Notes: generated by a model from the sequence alone, not told the origin. A DNA stretch of 64,000 bases from Gnetum montanum (GCA_015680685.1 MNCI01002152.1:249344-313343), one strand, 5' to 3'; positions 9,330 to 23,386 are shown, counted from the first letter of the stretch. Numbers and translations are program-made.

Positions 9330-12300
9330 TAGCCTATCAATAGGAAAATTGTGGAGCATTTTTAGAAATTTGGACCTTTAAAATTTGATGGCACCAAGAA
9401 TCCCACTATGGCTACAGAATGACTAGAGGAATTGAAGAAAACATTTGATTTGATGGATTGTTCATCAATTCAATAGACTTGCTTGATAGCTTATCAATTG
9501 GTTAGTACTACTTGACATTGGTGGATGACTAAAGAGTAGGTCAAGGGATGGACTAGTCAAGAGGTGGCATGGGATGATTTTCTAGCATCTTTTAAAGGTC
9601 ATTATTGAAACACTATGAAATTTCGAGATCTCAATGATTCAGCAAAGTCTCAAAGCTTAGGCAAGAATTTCCACAAGTGAAATGTCAAGACATCCGAGCA
9701 ATGGAAGCACCAAAAATAGTTGCACATCTCAGCAAGTTGTTTTTTCAGTTGAGGGCCTACTATGCTATGCTATGGAGCTTAGCATAGCAGACTTTAGGAG
9801 GACAGAATAGAACAAGGCATGCATGGTGACAACACTTCAACTTTGCAAGTTAACCATGTTTAAAAACCTTATCTTTTTGCATGTTACACTACGTTATGCT
9901 ATGTAGCATAGAGCAACATAATGCAAATAGCACAGTTAATATAGCTGCAACAATAAGGATAGAAAAATTCAAATAGTAGCAGTCATTACTCCATGATACG
10001 CTTCCCAGCGTATCGCAGCGTAGCTGTGGGATAGTTTATTCTTTTTCACCAAAGATCTTGAAATCCTTTAACACGAAAGATAAGGTTAAAAATTGCATCT
10101 ATTTTTGAGGTGGTTATGCTATGCTATGCTTCAGAGCATAGCACAGCGTAGCATCACAAGATTCAGCTGTAGCACACTAGGTCAATGACATTCTGCGGGC
10201 CCAGGACACGTGTCATCTAAACCGCGTTCTTCTCCTAAACCTAATCCTATAAATACCCCAGTGGACAATGCTCAAGGGGTTGGAAAAAAAAGGTTGGTTA
10301 GTTGGTTGATGAGTTGGCGAAGAGAACAAAAAGAGTTGGTAAGAAAAAAAAAGAGGTCAAAAAATTTGAGGTAGTCGACAAAGTTGGAAAGAGCATCAAC
10401 GGTGATAGAGAGAAGCTTTTTGGCTAGAGATTACAAGTTAGTGAACATTTTTCTTCAAGCTTGACTCCCTTGCATCCAGATTGGCTAGTGAACAAGGTAG
10501 ATTGGCCTTTTGCTTATTTAATCTATAAATAGCTTCTTGTTGGTGGTGAATACTTCGTCCAAACTGGAGTCCTCTTGCAAATCCCATTGTATTCATCATA
10601 TTTGTCCATAAGACAGATCCCAGATCTCGGGATCGTGCATTTTCTAAATTCAATTCATTGCATCCTATTTACATTGAATTTTACAGTCATTCTACATAGT
10701 TTACATCATTTTTGATTGCCTTCAAGATCTGATCTTGGAGTAGATCTCGTTTTTTTCTCGTTAGTTGGTATTATGTTCGCATATCAAATTGTCATCTCAT
10801 TATATGATCGTTAACAAATTTACTGATTAAGTAAGTTCTTGTCTGATCGACAAGATAGTTCAAGGCACCTTGGATTCTTTTTCTCTAGCATGGCCCTCAC
10901 ACGGATCTGGGTTGAAACTGTGTACATGGAAATCCTCTTGGTGTTTCCAGCAACTAAAATTTTCCATCGTTACAGTTATGTGTCTACCTAATATGCATAG
11001 GCCAAGGAGGATGAATTCTACCATTTGTATTAGGATAGTTAATTTGTAGTAGAGTATGATGCTTGTTTCTCTGACCCAAGTAGTTATGTACCCCAGATGT
11101 AGACAAATGCTTAGGCATAGGAGAATAGGTTTGTTTGAGGCTTGAGACCATATTTGAAGGATCACCTATTATCTCTTAGATTAACTTCCTATGATGAAGC
11201 TTGAGAAGTAACCATGGATTTAGAGAGGAGTCAGTGAGAGGAGACAATGTGTAGAGAGAGGCGACATGAGCAAAAGAGAGAACCAACATCTAGAGAGAGG
11301 CCTAATCCCTCTAAGCAAGCTCATGACCATGGAAGAGAGTGTCCAATACCCACTCATGGTCCTACTATTGTAGTTTGTCATGGAGATATTATTTTTTATA
11401 GATGTGGATAACCTGGTCATCTATAGAGGGATTTCCAGAATTGTTTTGCATATGGGTAGCTAGGGCATCGAGCTTAGGAGTGCCCAACGTAGGTTGGAAG
11501 TAGCAAAGGAGGTAGAGGCCAAGGACAATGAACTCTAGTTCAAGGTGGATAGGATGCACCATTCACTTAACCCAGAAGAGGGGACCAGAGGACTCCAGGA
11601 TGGATGTATGCCTTAACAGACCAACATTTGGACATGTAGAAAAACATAGTGATGGAGATGATAGATATGATTTTGGGCTTTTTTTTGTTAATGTTATTTG
11701 ATTCCAATGCTAGCCATTCTTTCATAGATCCTATAATTGCACATCATGTAGATCTTGTATGTCATTATATTTCTCCTAGGTTGATAGTACCTTCTACTGG
11801 GGGTTATGATACTTGAGTTGATTAGGTATGTAGGAATGTGCTAGTAGAATTGGAAGGTGTGCAATGGGCTAGTGATTTACATGTTATGGCTCTTGGGATG
11901 TATGATGTAATTTAGGGGATGGATTGATTGTCAAAGTTTAATGCTAGTTTGGATTGTCAGCAAAAGCTCCTACGATTACAATCATTTGATGGTGCTCCAA
12001 TTGAGGCACAAATTTGTTTGAGGATTATGCACTTAGATTTGGTCATCTCTTGGATGTATCATAGGATCCTTCAAAAAGGGCATGAATTTTTTGTGACTAT
12101 AATCTATAAAATAGATATGGTGGAGATAGATCAAATTCCTATGGTTCATGAATTCCCTAATGTATTCTAGTCTAAATTATTAGGTTTATCAACTAGGCAA
12201 GAGATTGAGTTTGAAATTAAACTTAAACATGGTACAGAGCTTATTTCAAAGGCTCCACACAGGGTGTCTCCTATAGAGCTAGCAAAGCTAAAGATTCAAC

Positions 12301-14925
12301 TACAATAATTGCTAGATAAAGGCCTTATTCACCCCAGTGTATCATCATGGGATCCACCTATGCTATTGTTAAAAAGAAGGATGGGGATTTTTGGTTATGC
12401 ATAGATTATAGGTAGTTAAACTAATTGATTGTGAAAAATAGATATCCTCTACCATGCATTGGTGACTTGTTGGATCAACTTTGGGGAGCTCATGTATTCT
12501 CAAAGACTGATCTCAAGTTTGGGTATCATCAAGTGTGGGTTTGTGAGTAAGATGTATCAAATATAGCATCTAGAACATAGTATGGACACTATGAATTTTT
12601 TGTGCTACTCTTTGGGTTGATAAATGCACTAGTAGTTTTCATGCACCTCATGAATATTGTGATGTGTTCATTCCTAGATTATTTTATGATTGTGTTCATT
12701 GATGATATCTTAGTATATTCTCCTCATGAGCAATTGCATGCAGAGCACTTTTGGATGGTCTTACAGACTTTGAGTGAGAACCAAATGTATGCTTAGCCAT
12801 CCAAGTGTTCATTTTGACAATTAGACATTCAATTCTTAGGACATGTGGTGTTAGGAGCTAGTATCTTTGTAGATCCTATAAAGACTATAGTTGTTTGTGA
12901 TTGGCTTAGGCGACAATTAGTAGTGGAGGTATGAAGCTTATTGGAGTTAGTAGGATATTACCAGAGGTTTGTGGAATATTTTTCTCACATAGCATCTCCT
13001 TTGACTCGATTGTTAAGGAAGAAGGCTATCTTTACTTGGGGCCCAACTTGTTAGGCTACATTTGAGATGTTGAAACATAGATTGGTGACTACTCATGTAC
13101 TAATATCTTCTACACTAGGACATCCATATGATGTTAGTACTAATGCTTTAGGGGATGGATTTGGTTGTGTGTTAATGTAGGATGAACAGGTTGTGGCTTA
13201 TCCATCTCATCAATTGAGGTCACATGAAACTAGATATTCCATGCATGCTTTAGAATTGGGTGCTATGATCTTTACATTGAAGATTTGGTAGCATTATCTA
13301 TATGTGGAGTAGGTGACTATTTGGATTGACCATATGAGCCTTCAATATCTTATGAGTCAACCATAATTAAACCTATGACAAAATTGATGGGTGAAGCTAC
13401 TTGTTGATTTTGATTTCACTATTAAATATAGGCCTAGCAAGTTTAACAAAGTAGTAGATGCATTGAGTAGAGTGGTGAGTAAGCTTAATAAATTAACAAT
13501 CTAATCAAATTTGCAAGAGCAGATACAGGAGCAACAATGACATGGTCTTTGGTATCAGACATTAAGGAAATAGATTACCTCTGCTAGACTACTCTTTATG
13601 GATAGTCATGGAGTATTATGAAGGGATGGTTGAGAATGTGTTCCAGAAGTTCTCCAAATTCAATTGATGGATGAGGCCTAGATGAGTAGATAGCAAATGC
13701 ATCTAGGTAGTCAAAAAATGTACCAGAGTTTATGATGAATGTATTGGTGGTCTGGTATGAAGAGAAACATAGGAGAGTATGTATCTCATTGTTTCATATA
13801 CCAGCAAGTGAAGACAGAGCATCAGAGACCTTGGGGATATTTACATTCCCATGATATTCTTTAGTGGAAATGGGATGTCACTGTTATGGATTTCATTATT
13901 AGTCTTCCATGAGTCGTAGTGGTTGTGATGTTATTTTAGTAGTTTTTGATTTGTTAACAAAGTTTTTCCATTTCCTTGCACCACAATCATCTGTAAGTGT
14001 AGTAGAAACTGTGCATCTATTTCTTGTAGAGATAGTGTAGTTGCATGGTGTGACACGATGGATTATTAGTGATAAAGATGCTCAATTCATGTCACATTTT
14101 TTGTAGGCATTTCAGAATGAGATGGGTACAAAGCTGAATATAAGTTTGGCATATCATCCAAAAATTAATGGTCAAACTGAATGGGTGAATAAAATTCTAG
14201 AAGACATGTTGAGAGCCTGTACTTTGTAGTATAGAGAAGGTTGAAGTCAAATGCTACCATTAGCTAAATTTGCATATAACAACAACTATCAGGAGAGTTT
14301 GCAAGCAACACCATATGATATTTTATATGGTAAGCCATGTAGAACACCTTTATGTTGGGATATAATAGAAGATTTTAGCAGGTGATCACTGATTTGGTGA
14401 GGTAGACTACAAAGTAGATTCAAGAGATTCAAGATAGATTGAGAGCTACATAGGATAGGTAGGCAGCATATGCCAATCAACGTCAAAGGCCACTAGAGTT
14501 TGGAGTTAGTAATCATGTATTTCTTTGTGTTTCTTCTTTGAAAGGCCTTAATCAATTTTGTTGAAAAGGGAAATTGGCTCCTAGATACATTGGTCCCTTT
14601 TAGGTGTTACAATAGATTGGAAAAGTGGTCTATTGAATAACATTACCTCCTCATTTGGCACATGTTCATGATGCCTTTCATGTATCTATTTTATAACATT
14701 ATGTGCTTGATGAACAACATGTGATTATCCATTCAGCAATACAACTACAATATGATGTTAGTTATGTTGAGAGACTAGTAAAGATTGTTGATCATATGGT
14801 GTGATAGCTACACAGTAAAGTTGTTCCTATGATCAAAATTTTATGGAGTAGACATGGAGCTTCAGAGGCTACTTGGGAGGTAGAGACTAAGATGCACGTA
14901 GCTCATCTTGAGATCTTCCATGAGG
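9330..14925 (+). pseudogene. gag-pol: Tekay gag-pol (gag, 2x CCHC, PR, RT, RH, INT, chromodomain), interrupted by solo LTR 9606-10974
   Basis: LKFDGTKNP...WDDFLASFKGHY|VST..AKEDEF; zinc knuckles ~11390-11490; LFDSNASHSF ~11695; FIDDILVYS ~12695; WKWD..VMDFI ~13865; KILWSRHGASEATWE ~14835. Start is approximate. Confidence 0.92.
9606..10974 (+). mobile_element. Solo LTR of an unrelated, apparently younger family inserted in Tekay gag
   Basis: TGAAAC...GTTACA termini; TSD ATTAT (9601-9605) / GTTAT (10975-10979); gag reading resumes across it; TATAAATA ~10248; strand inferred from the TATA box. Confidence 0.8.
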
Positions 14926-14934
14926 AAGATTCCC

Positions 14935-14947
14935 AAGGAGGGGAAAG
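14935..14947 (+). promoter_or_regulatory. Polypurine tract of Tekay element
   Basis: AAGGAGGGGAAAG directly before TGTTACA. Confidence 0.85.
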
Positions 14948-17668
14948 TGTTACACCTCACCTAGAGCTAGTAGGTATGGTCATATGCTTATGATTTAGAC
15001 ATTACATGTGGAGCCTTGGTGGATTTTTAAGCACAATTTAATGTATTTTATATGTTATGAGGCTTCATTTTTATGTTACGACTATGATGTATTTACGTGC
15101 TTAACTAACATGATTATGTACACTAGCCTTGTGTGATGTGTTAGATAGGTGATGTTGCTGGTAGGGGTGTTATATTAGGGTACAAGAGAACCTATTTGGT
15201 ATGTCTTTATGCTTTATGTGTGATTTTGGTATGTAGGAAATTGTACTATAACCCTATGTTGCATGATGTTCAAGTGTGGTTTTGGCATATGAATGTGTAG
15301 AGCATATGATAAGGATCTCGATGGTTCAAATGAATTTTGATTTAGAGTCTCGGTGTGTTTGTTACACAAGATTAAAGTTTATGATATTAGTTGCAAAGAT
15401 GGAAATTGAAAATAACTTATGAAAACTAATTTTGAAAAAAAAATTAATAAAGAATTTAAATGAAAAATAAAAAGAAAAAAAGAAAAAGTAATTCATGTGA
15501 TGTGAGGAGAGCACATTGTTGGTGTTCTTTTATGTTAACATAAAGGAAACATATAGGTTTTATGTTTATTCTATTCCCACTGCAAATGTTTACCACCATC
15601 CATTTTGGTCGCCACCCATAAGAATTGGATTTTGGGATTCTTTTTTTTTTGTTCATAGAAACAAAAAAGCATAGGAGTCTGTTTTCTACCATTTTCTTTT
15701 AACTCTCTTCTTTTTATAGATTTTGAGCCTTGTGGATGCTTTTTTCTTGTTCTTAACTTGGATTTGGGATTTCTGTGGTCATATCTACATGTGTGTAGAA
15801 CTTGTTGGGAGTGAAATAGAGTCCTACCAAATTTTTGAAGATTTTCTACTTTTTTGAACCTTTTGGCCCCAACAATTTTAATTGGTGGATTGTCTTTACC
15901 TTTTCCTTGTCTTTTTGTGTTGGATTAGTGTATATGATTGCATGCTGGGGGCATGTGGGGTGAATAGCTCAAAGTCTAATCATAGGCATGTTATTTTTTC
16001 ATATTTTCCAAAATTGTACAATTTTGGTTACAAATTATTTATTAATATATATGGGATGTATGGGATGATGTGGACTTGTGGAATATGATCTGTGGTGTTG
16101 ATGAGCCTTGTATGATTGGAATATGCTATTTGTGGGACCTATTAGGGCACAAGAATTTTTTTGGCCATTCCAAATATTATTTAAATATTATTTTATTAAT
16201 CAAACTTTGAACATGCATAACTTGGCTTCCGGGAGTCCAATTTAGGTAAAATTAGTGTCATTGGGATTATTGTGAAAAGTACTTTCTAATTGTGGGATTA
16301 GTTTTTTCTTTGGGCATATATCATTTTGAAAGTTATTATAGTGGTCACTTGTATGGAAGCATGTGTCTTTTGAGAAATATGGTATTTTTTAGTCATATCG
16401 AGGTCTTCATGTTGTCTTGTTGGATCATGGTATTGTTTTTTATGGAATGATTGTAATCGTTAGGGATAGATCTATGCGGTCATGTTTGGTTGGGTGGGTT
16501 ACGCTTATGACATGTGTTGGTGTAAGCTAGCTAGATTGTGTATATGTTTTCGCAATGACACTTGTGATTGTCGTTGGTGGGTGGTGCTAGCATGAGGGTG
16601 TGAACCGATTGGTGATGAGGCACCTTGGAGGGAGTATGGATTGACCTCCACTATGATGCATTGATGAGGCTCCTATCTCAGGCCTCATCTTGAGAGTGGG
16701 AGAGCATAGGTGTGATCATCCTTATGGCTGGTTCGTGGCATAGGTGTGTTCATCCCTATCGCCAGTTCTCTAGAAGGCTAGGTTGCGGGTCACAAGTTGA
16801 TGGACCCTAGCATTGATTAGATATATAAAAGACTAATAAAAGACCTATAGGTAATGGCTATTATGAGTACTCATGACAATGTTTCACATGCTACATTGAG
16901 CATGGATATGATAGCAACCACATGGGCTATGTATGTGATAGTATTAGTTTGTGAGTCATACTATTGAGAATAGGTGTTTTTTTTGGGGTTATGATTGTGT
17001 GGATCATGGACTATTTATGGTATATCATGGGTGTGATGACATGGGCATGATAGATGATATCAGACTATAACCTTGTTTGTGATTGTGTAATTGTATGATA
17101 GTATGTTAGCTTTATAGATGATATGGTCTGTGTTGTTTTCAGCATGCATAAGACTAAGAGTGTTGTAGGTTTCCTTGTACCCCACTCCTCCTCTAATGAG
17201 CACTTTTCAACCATCTAGCAAGGGTAGTGTAAAGGCTTCCCACTTAGTTGTGTACTAAATCTATTTAATTACATGTGAAAGGCATAGGAGCCTAGACAAG
17301 CATGGAGAGGAAGGGTAGAGGAGGGGAAAATCTTCTATGCTTGGTTGATGTTTATTTTCATGTATAATACTGTGGACTAGATACCCTTGTATCAAAGTCT
17401 CTATACTCTTCTATATATGATAATAAGGGTTATGTGTTTTTTTTCTTGTATTTTTATAGAGTAGTGTATAGTTTACTTTATGTAGAGACATGCATTTTTA
17501 TAATGTGATAAATATGTTTAGTTTTTGGTATGGTAGGAAAGTTCTATATCATTTAACTTTACTTATTATCATGTATTCTATACATTATTGGTTCTAGATA
17601 TCATGCTTCCATATAAGATTAGTTGATCCTAGGCATCACCCTACCCTAAGCTAGGGTAAGGTGTCACA
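14948..17668 (+). repeat. Tekay 3' LTR (~2.7 kb)
   Basis: TGTTACA...TGTCACA termini; homologous to 8128-9005 and to the minus-strand copies at 50611-55738. Confidence 0.9.
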
Positions 17669-17729
17669 ATAATTGAATCCATGATCTAGAGCTTTCAAAT
17701 CAAGAGTCTTACCATTAGGCTAATACCTC
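17669..17729 (-). pseudogene. tRNA-like or tRNA-derived SINE head remnant, cut by the Tekay insertion
   Basis: Minus strand has A-box TAGCCTAATGG and decayed B-box GATTCAATT at tRNA-like spacing; stems are poor. Confidence 0.35.
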
Positions 17730-18584
17730 ATTATTATTCTTGACAAGGTTTACCATTTTTATTAGAGACAAACCTGAATATCCCTATAAAAACAAGCTAG
17801 AATCGTAACATTTAGAAATAAAAAATAACTACATCAATAATGTTCTTCATCCTCATCATTATTATAAAGATATGTTTTATTATTTTTAATTATTATTACA
17901 AAGATATATAGACAATAGTCATCATAGGTTGGATTCCAATGGACAATGTTGAATTAAGAATAATAAAATTTACATAAAAGAAATTAGAAAATTTGTGTAG
18001 TATGATAGATTGAATAGTTTTAGTAGTCTTATATTGTATGTTACTTCCTTTGTTCAAGCATGTGATTTTTGGTTTGTAAGTTAGAGGTTTGACTCCAAGG
18101 GATATCCTAATTTAAGACCATCATGATGTTATTATGCATGTTTTGCTTGAGTTTTATGAAAATATCATCTTGGATATATATAATCAAATAGATTTTAGGT
18201 TGTAACCCCCTCCCCTAACCCAATGTTGGTTAAATGATATAGCTTGGAGTTTCCAAGTTACATGTTCTATTTTAATAGGTATGTTGATTTGACATACCAT
18301 CATGTTGAACAAAAGTATCATGAAAGTTTCATGTTGACTATCTATGCTTGGGGCACATAGAATCATCTAGTGAGGTTCCAAACCCACCCCTAAAAAAATG
18401 AAATAAAAAAATTAAAAAGAAATCCACATCAATTCAAAACTATAAAACACATATTTTTTGCAGAATCCATAACCTCCTCCATTCATGATTAGCTCTTGGT
18501 CGAGTTTTTTGAAAACTTTTGAAGCTTAGATTTAAGATTTTGGGAGATAAGGAGGACCTTATTTCTCCTATGTAACTTGACAAG

Positions 18585-19570
18585 AGGTATCAAATTTGAA
18601 GGGTGCAAAAATATAGAGAAGAAGATGGCCCCTACAAAAGACATTTCAAGGGGTAGTGTTATCTTTAATTAGTTTTAAAATTTCTCCTATTGGTCCTATT
18701 TGATGAGATCTCTATTTCAATTAAATTAGGTTTGGATATTTATTAAAAATGAATTGGGTATTCCATAAAATGTAAATACATTAAGTAGAAAAAAAATAAT
18801 CAATTAGAGAACACATTAAGTATAGAACAAAAGAAGTAACTAGAAAAAGGACAAAAAGTTAGATGTCCTAGCTAGAATGATAATTTGTACAAGTTTTAAT
18901 GAGTCCATTAAGACTAGGGTTATTTGTAAAGAGATCATAAAAGAGTATTGGGACATACTCCAAGAAGAATTAACAGTATCATGATAGATAGGAAACTTAA
19001 AGAGCTAAATATTAGGATAGAGTTTAATAATATGAAGATGATGAAGGGTGAGCGGCTTGTATACCTTTTGGAAAGGCTTATCATAACCCTTAGAAATCTT
19101 ACTGAATTCAATTGTAACTACACCATGGAGGAAAAGATGAAAAAATGTGATATAAATATTTTATATGGATTATAAGTTCACTCATGTAATCATTATCATC
19201 ATGCAAACAAAAGACCTCTCTAGTTACACTGTTAATGAGTTAGTCTCATTTCTTAAAACTCTTGTAGAGCTAAAAATACCAAGCTAAAGTTAAAAAATGC
19301 TTATGTAGCACAAAATCCTCAAAGGGGTGGAGTGGTAGAGGAAGAAATTTTTATCTTAAGAAATATCAATTCTCTTTTAAGAAAAAAGGTAACCTTCAAG
19401 AGGTAACTTAAGAGGAAGAGAGTAATCAAAAGAAAGAGATGGGCAAAGAGATGGGAGAAGTAACTTAGAGCAAAGTGATAACTTTCAAAGTGGATCTTCA
19501 TTGATTCCATGGTGTAAACATTGCAATAATTATGAGTGCTATGAAGATACATGTTGGCTAAAGAAGGGGC
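18585..19570 (+). mobile_element. gag: Ty1/copia fragment: possible PBS and degenerate gag (ATG 18625)
   Basis: AGGTATCAAA after ...TTGACA; FSYWSYLMRSLF..VW; IKEYWDIL; KLKELNIRIEFNNMKMMKGE; QTKDLSSYTVNELVSFL (UBN2-like); decayed knuckle CKHCNNYECYEDTCW ~19513-19557. Confidence 0.75.
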
Positions 19571-19652
19571 TTCAAGACTTGATCATTGAAGACAACTCTT
19601 CCAGGAAAGTCCAAGATGATAACCTACCTCAATACTCTTAAGAAAAAGGTAA

Positions 19653-20545
19653 TGATGAGTAGCCTATATCCCCTACACCCAACCATATGAATCATAAGTG
19701 TTCACTAGTAATCTAGTCAAATTTTGTGGACTTAGTTCCTAATTTTGCTTATAGTCTTAAACTATGAAGCAAGGGGTTTTATGATTGTTGGCTTCCTAAC
19801 TTACACTTGTCTTATCAGTATGTATGGTTAAATGTGAGTTAGGGCTCATGATCATTTTTATAAGTATTTTTATATACTTTCTTATCTTAATAGGTAAATA
19901 GTTTAATGAAGAATTAACACTTAATTATCTAACTACTTAGCTAATATAATAACTAGCTATCCTAATGTAAAGTAATTGTTCCCACTTATCGTACACATCC
20001 TAAACTAGTATCAATGCTACTGGGTTACCAAGTGGTTATTATTGGGCATAACAAATGACCATTGTTGGGATTACCAAGCACAACTAGTCATGCTCGAAGT
20101 GGTCATACTTATGATTTTATGACTAATTATATTAATTAATTGAAATAATGAATGTCAATTGCATTTAAAACAAAGTGTAGGTAGGAAAGAGTAAACTAAT
20201 CCAAGTGCTACAATGAATATCATAAATATTGACTTTACTGTCATTCATGCTAATGTATTCAAGTACATGGTATTCAAATAAAGCACTGTACAACATCTTT
20301 AATTCATAGTGCAGGCACTTAGAGGAAAAATATTCTAGCTCTAGAGAAATCAAACTATAAGGGCTTCATTATGCTATGAATTTAAGATGTCATAAATGCA
20401 GGTGACAACCACATTTATATAGGCTTTTCTTGCATCAACATTAATGCATCTACATCAATGCATCTAACCATGCATCAATGGGGATACATCAATGAGGTTA
20501 TGCCAATGCATGCCCATCTATATAAAGTGAGAGAAAGCTCTATCA
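19653..20545 (-). repeat. Athila-like solo LTR
   Basis: Reverse complement of the A/B LTR family (TGATGAG at 19653, CTATCA at 20545); flanks GGTAA/GGTCC match only 3/5. Confidence 0.75.
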
Positions 20546-22158
20546 GGTCCATCATTTCCACATATCTAGCAAGTGGACACATGTCATTACTAATAGGAGG
20601 AGAGGATGACTGGGCACAACAAATCTTAGGGAATGTTGATCATTCCAAGTCATGCTAGAAATTGGTGAAGGAGTCACAGTGGTGATTATGTAGCACCAAG
20701 ATGTAGTAGGAGCAACTAAAGTTATAACAAACCATATCAAAGAATCATTAAAGTTCCTATTGTGTCATCGGTTGATATTTTTGGAGCAAGAGATGCTCAA
20801 ATGCTTGCTGGTACCCCAATGAATCCTATGGAACATGAGGATATACTGGATAGACTATCACATAGACTATTGCAGATGGGTGAAGTCATGCAAAACCTTT
20901 TTAATATCCTAAGTCATATCATTGTAGTATAGTCTAATTTAATTTCGACAAAGGAAAATTTGGTTATGGAATAAACCAAAGTTGAACATGCTAAAAATGA
21001 AGTACAAAGGCTACAAGAAGAGTTAGTAGTTCTAAGATTTGAAAAGAGAGAGCATGCACAGTTCATATTGCTAGACCAACTTGATCAGCTTAGAACTAAT
21101 CACATGAGGTATTTGATTGGCTAGAACATGTAGATGGAGAAGGAGAATGAAAAGGAAATGTGGAATGCATTTTTCACAAAAGCATGAACATTTGCACATG
21201 TTAAAGCTCTCATCGCCTTATAAGAAGAAAACAAAAAGCTCATTGTTGAAAATACCAAGTTGACAAATGTAGAAAAGTAGAAAAATATTCTTAAGGAAAA
21301 AATTCACCAACTAAGAGAACAACTCATGAGAGTCAACTAGGATATGATTTTCTTGGGTAGAGAAAATAATAATTGCTCAATTAAGGAAATATTCACCATT
21401 CATAAAAAATCTATAATCGAAATAAGCATATGGCAGAATAAGGACAAGAAACATGAGCAATTGAAGGAGCATTTCAGAGATAGGATGGGCATTTATAAGA
21501 AAATAAATGAAAAATAAATCTAGATGGAAAAGGCCAAAATCAATTCCCTCTTTGCCTAAAATCTAGATTGGCAATTCATCTTGGATAGTCTTGCCCATGT
21601 CCACTAGGCCAAGGTGAAGAATAAAACTTGTAGATAGAGGAGTTGACAAAATACATGGGGTTAATGAACCTTTGCTATGCTAACTTAGCCATGTCAATAG
21701 CAAGTTGGCCTCAGAATGAGCTTGAGTAATAGGTAGCGATAGTTTATGTCATGTACAAGAAGAAGTTTTCCAACAAAAAAGATGCATTACAAAAACTACA
21801 TGTGGAAAACCCCAACATATAAATTATTAAAGCTAGCTACTAGTAGTAAAAGGATGTAGTAGTAAACATAGCATGTTGAATGTTAGATTACCAAGAACTT
21901 AGAAAGACAACTAGAGATTTTGAAGAGAAAAGAAGGTAGTTTGTGGCTTAGTACATGAAGGCCAACAAAATGTTTCCATAGCTACCATGTCCATGGGATG
22001 TACCTACTTCATCCAACATTGTTTAACAAGCATGGATGGTATATGACCGAAGGACAAAAGTAGAGAAGCTTTAGGCACTCCTAAATTGCTATCAATTTCA
22101 AAAGCCTAATGATAAGGGGAAGAAGCTAATGGAAGAGCCTCCACTACCTAGAACATGA
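20546..22158 (+). pseudogene. C-terminal two-thirds of env-like ORF2 (copy F)
   Basis: Coiled-coil region and LPCPWDVPT...AWM motif homologous to A and B; ends EPPLPRT*; PPT-like sequence 22331-22365 follows. Confidence 0.8.
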
Positions 22159-22365
22159 ACTACATTGTGCTACTACAAATTTTGTTTTTTATTTTGTGTT
22201 TTATCATGTTACTATGTTATTTTGTAAAAACACCACTAAAACATTCTAAGTTAGGTAAATAGTTAGTTAGTCATGTTAAGTTGAGTTTACCTCCCAATCT
22301 TGAAGGGGACTCTCTTGTCATTTTACTTTAACTTGAGGACAAGTTTCTAGTTATTTGCAGGGATA

Positions 22366-23243
22366 TAATAAAGTTAAATTTTTGGAGAATACGATATCAC
22401 TGTAATGAGATTGTATTAACAATGTCATAATCCATGTTATGTTATCATTGATGCAATGTCTCAGGATCTATGCAACCCTGTAAATACTGATACTTGGACA
22501 TAAAATCAACAACTTTTCTTTCCAATTCTTAGAGAAACTCTTGCAATTTCTTTTTGTACTTAGCGATAAAGTGAATGCCTACATTATGATGTTTAGTAGT
22601 TGAATGGAATATTTATTTGAGTGAATTATACTTGGATATATTTTATGACAAAAATAAAGATTAAGATTTCTTTCCATCATTGTATCATCCACTTAGTTTT
22701 ATTTGTTTACTTAGCATAATTTTCTTGTTTTCTTAGCTTAATCATTTACATTTTCCAAGAACTTTATTTTACTTGTTCATTACTAAAGTGGAATGAGTAC
22801 CAATGGTTTTGAGCATTAAAGTGTAATCATTTGGTAACCCAGTAGTGGTTTCACTAGACTCTCTCAGTGGTGAATTCACTTGGTAATCCTAGTAATGGTT
22901 ACATGAGTTCAAGGCATGTTTGGTAAGCTAGGAATGGATGCACATTGCTATAGGATATAATATATTTACATTTTTATTTTTTTTAGATTTACCATTTAAA
23001 TTCATTTTCATTACGTTTGTACTTAGAAGTAAAATGAGTCTTACAACATCACATAACATATGCTTGATTGTGAGTTAAAACATACACTTAGACTTCACTA
23101 ACTCAAGGTGAGAAGATGATGATCATGAAGTTATTATCAATAAATAGCATAATTACATTTTCTATCAGTGGATTATGATCTGGTCATGCACTAGCACTCA
23201 TGACTTATATGGTAGAGTGTTGGGATTGCTCCATCACTCATCA
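22366..23243 (+). repeat. Athila-like LTR acting as both 3' LTR of F and 5' LTR of E
   Basis: Preceded by ORF2 and PPT, ends CACTCATCA, immediately followed by a PBS. Confidence 0.8.
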
Positions 23244-23262
23244 TTGGCAATGTTGCTAGGGA
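23244..23262 (+). promoter_or_regulatory. Athila-type PBS (decayed TTGGCGCCGTTGCCGGGGA, tRNA-Asp type)
   Basis: TTGGCAATGTTGCTAGGGA directly after the LTR. Confidence 0.75.
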
Positions 23263-23386
23263 TGTGTCAATGTGGGCTAAGTAATTGATCTTACAAAGTT
23301 CATTGTATTAAGAATCAAAAAGTCTATCCTTATACATTGAAAAAATTTCAATAACACACACATAATTAAGTGTCACATATATAAAA

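Larger units (their letters stand above)
8128..17668 (+). mobile_element. Ty3/gypsy chromovirus (Tekay-like), degenerate; left part of 5' LTR displaced by element A
   Basis: Partial 5' LTR 8128-9005, tRNA-Met PBS, gag with two zinc knuckles, PR, RT, RH, INT, chromodomain, PPT and 3' LTR 14948-17668. Confidence 0.93.
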
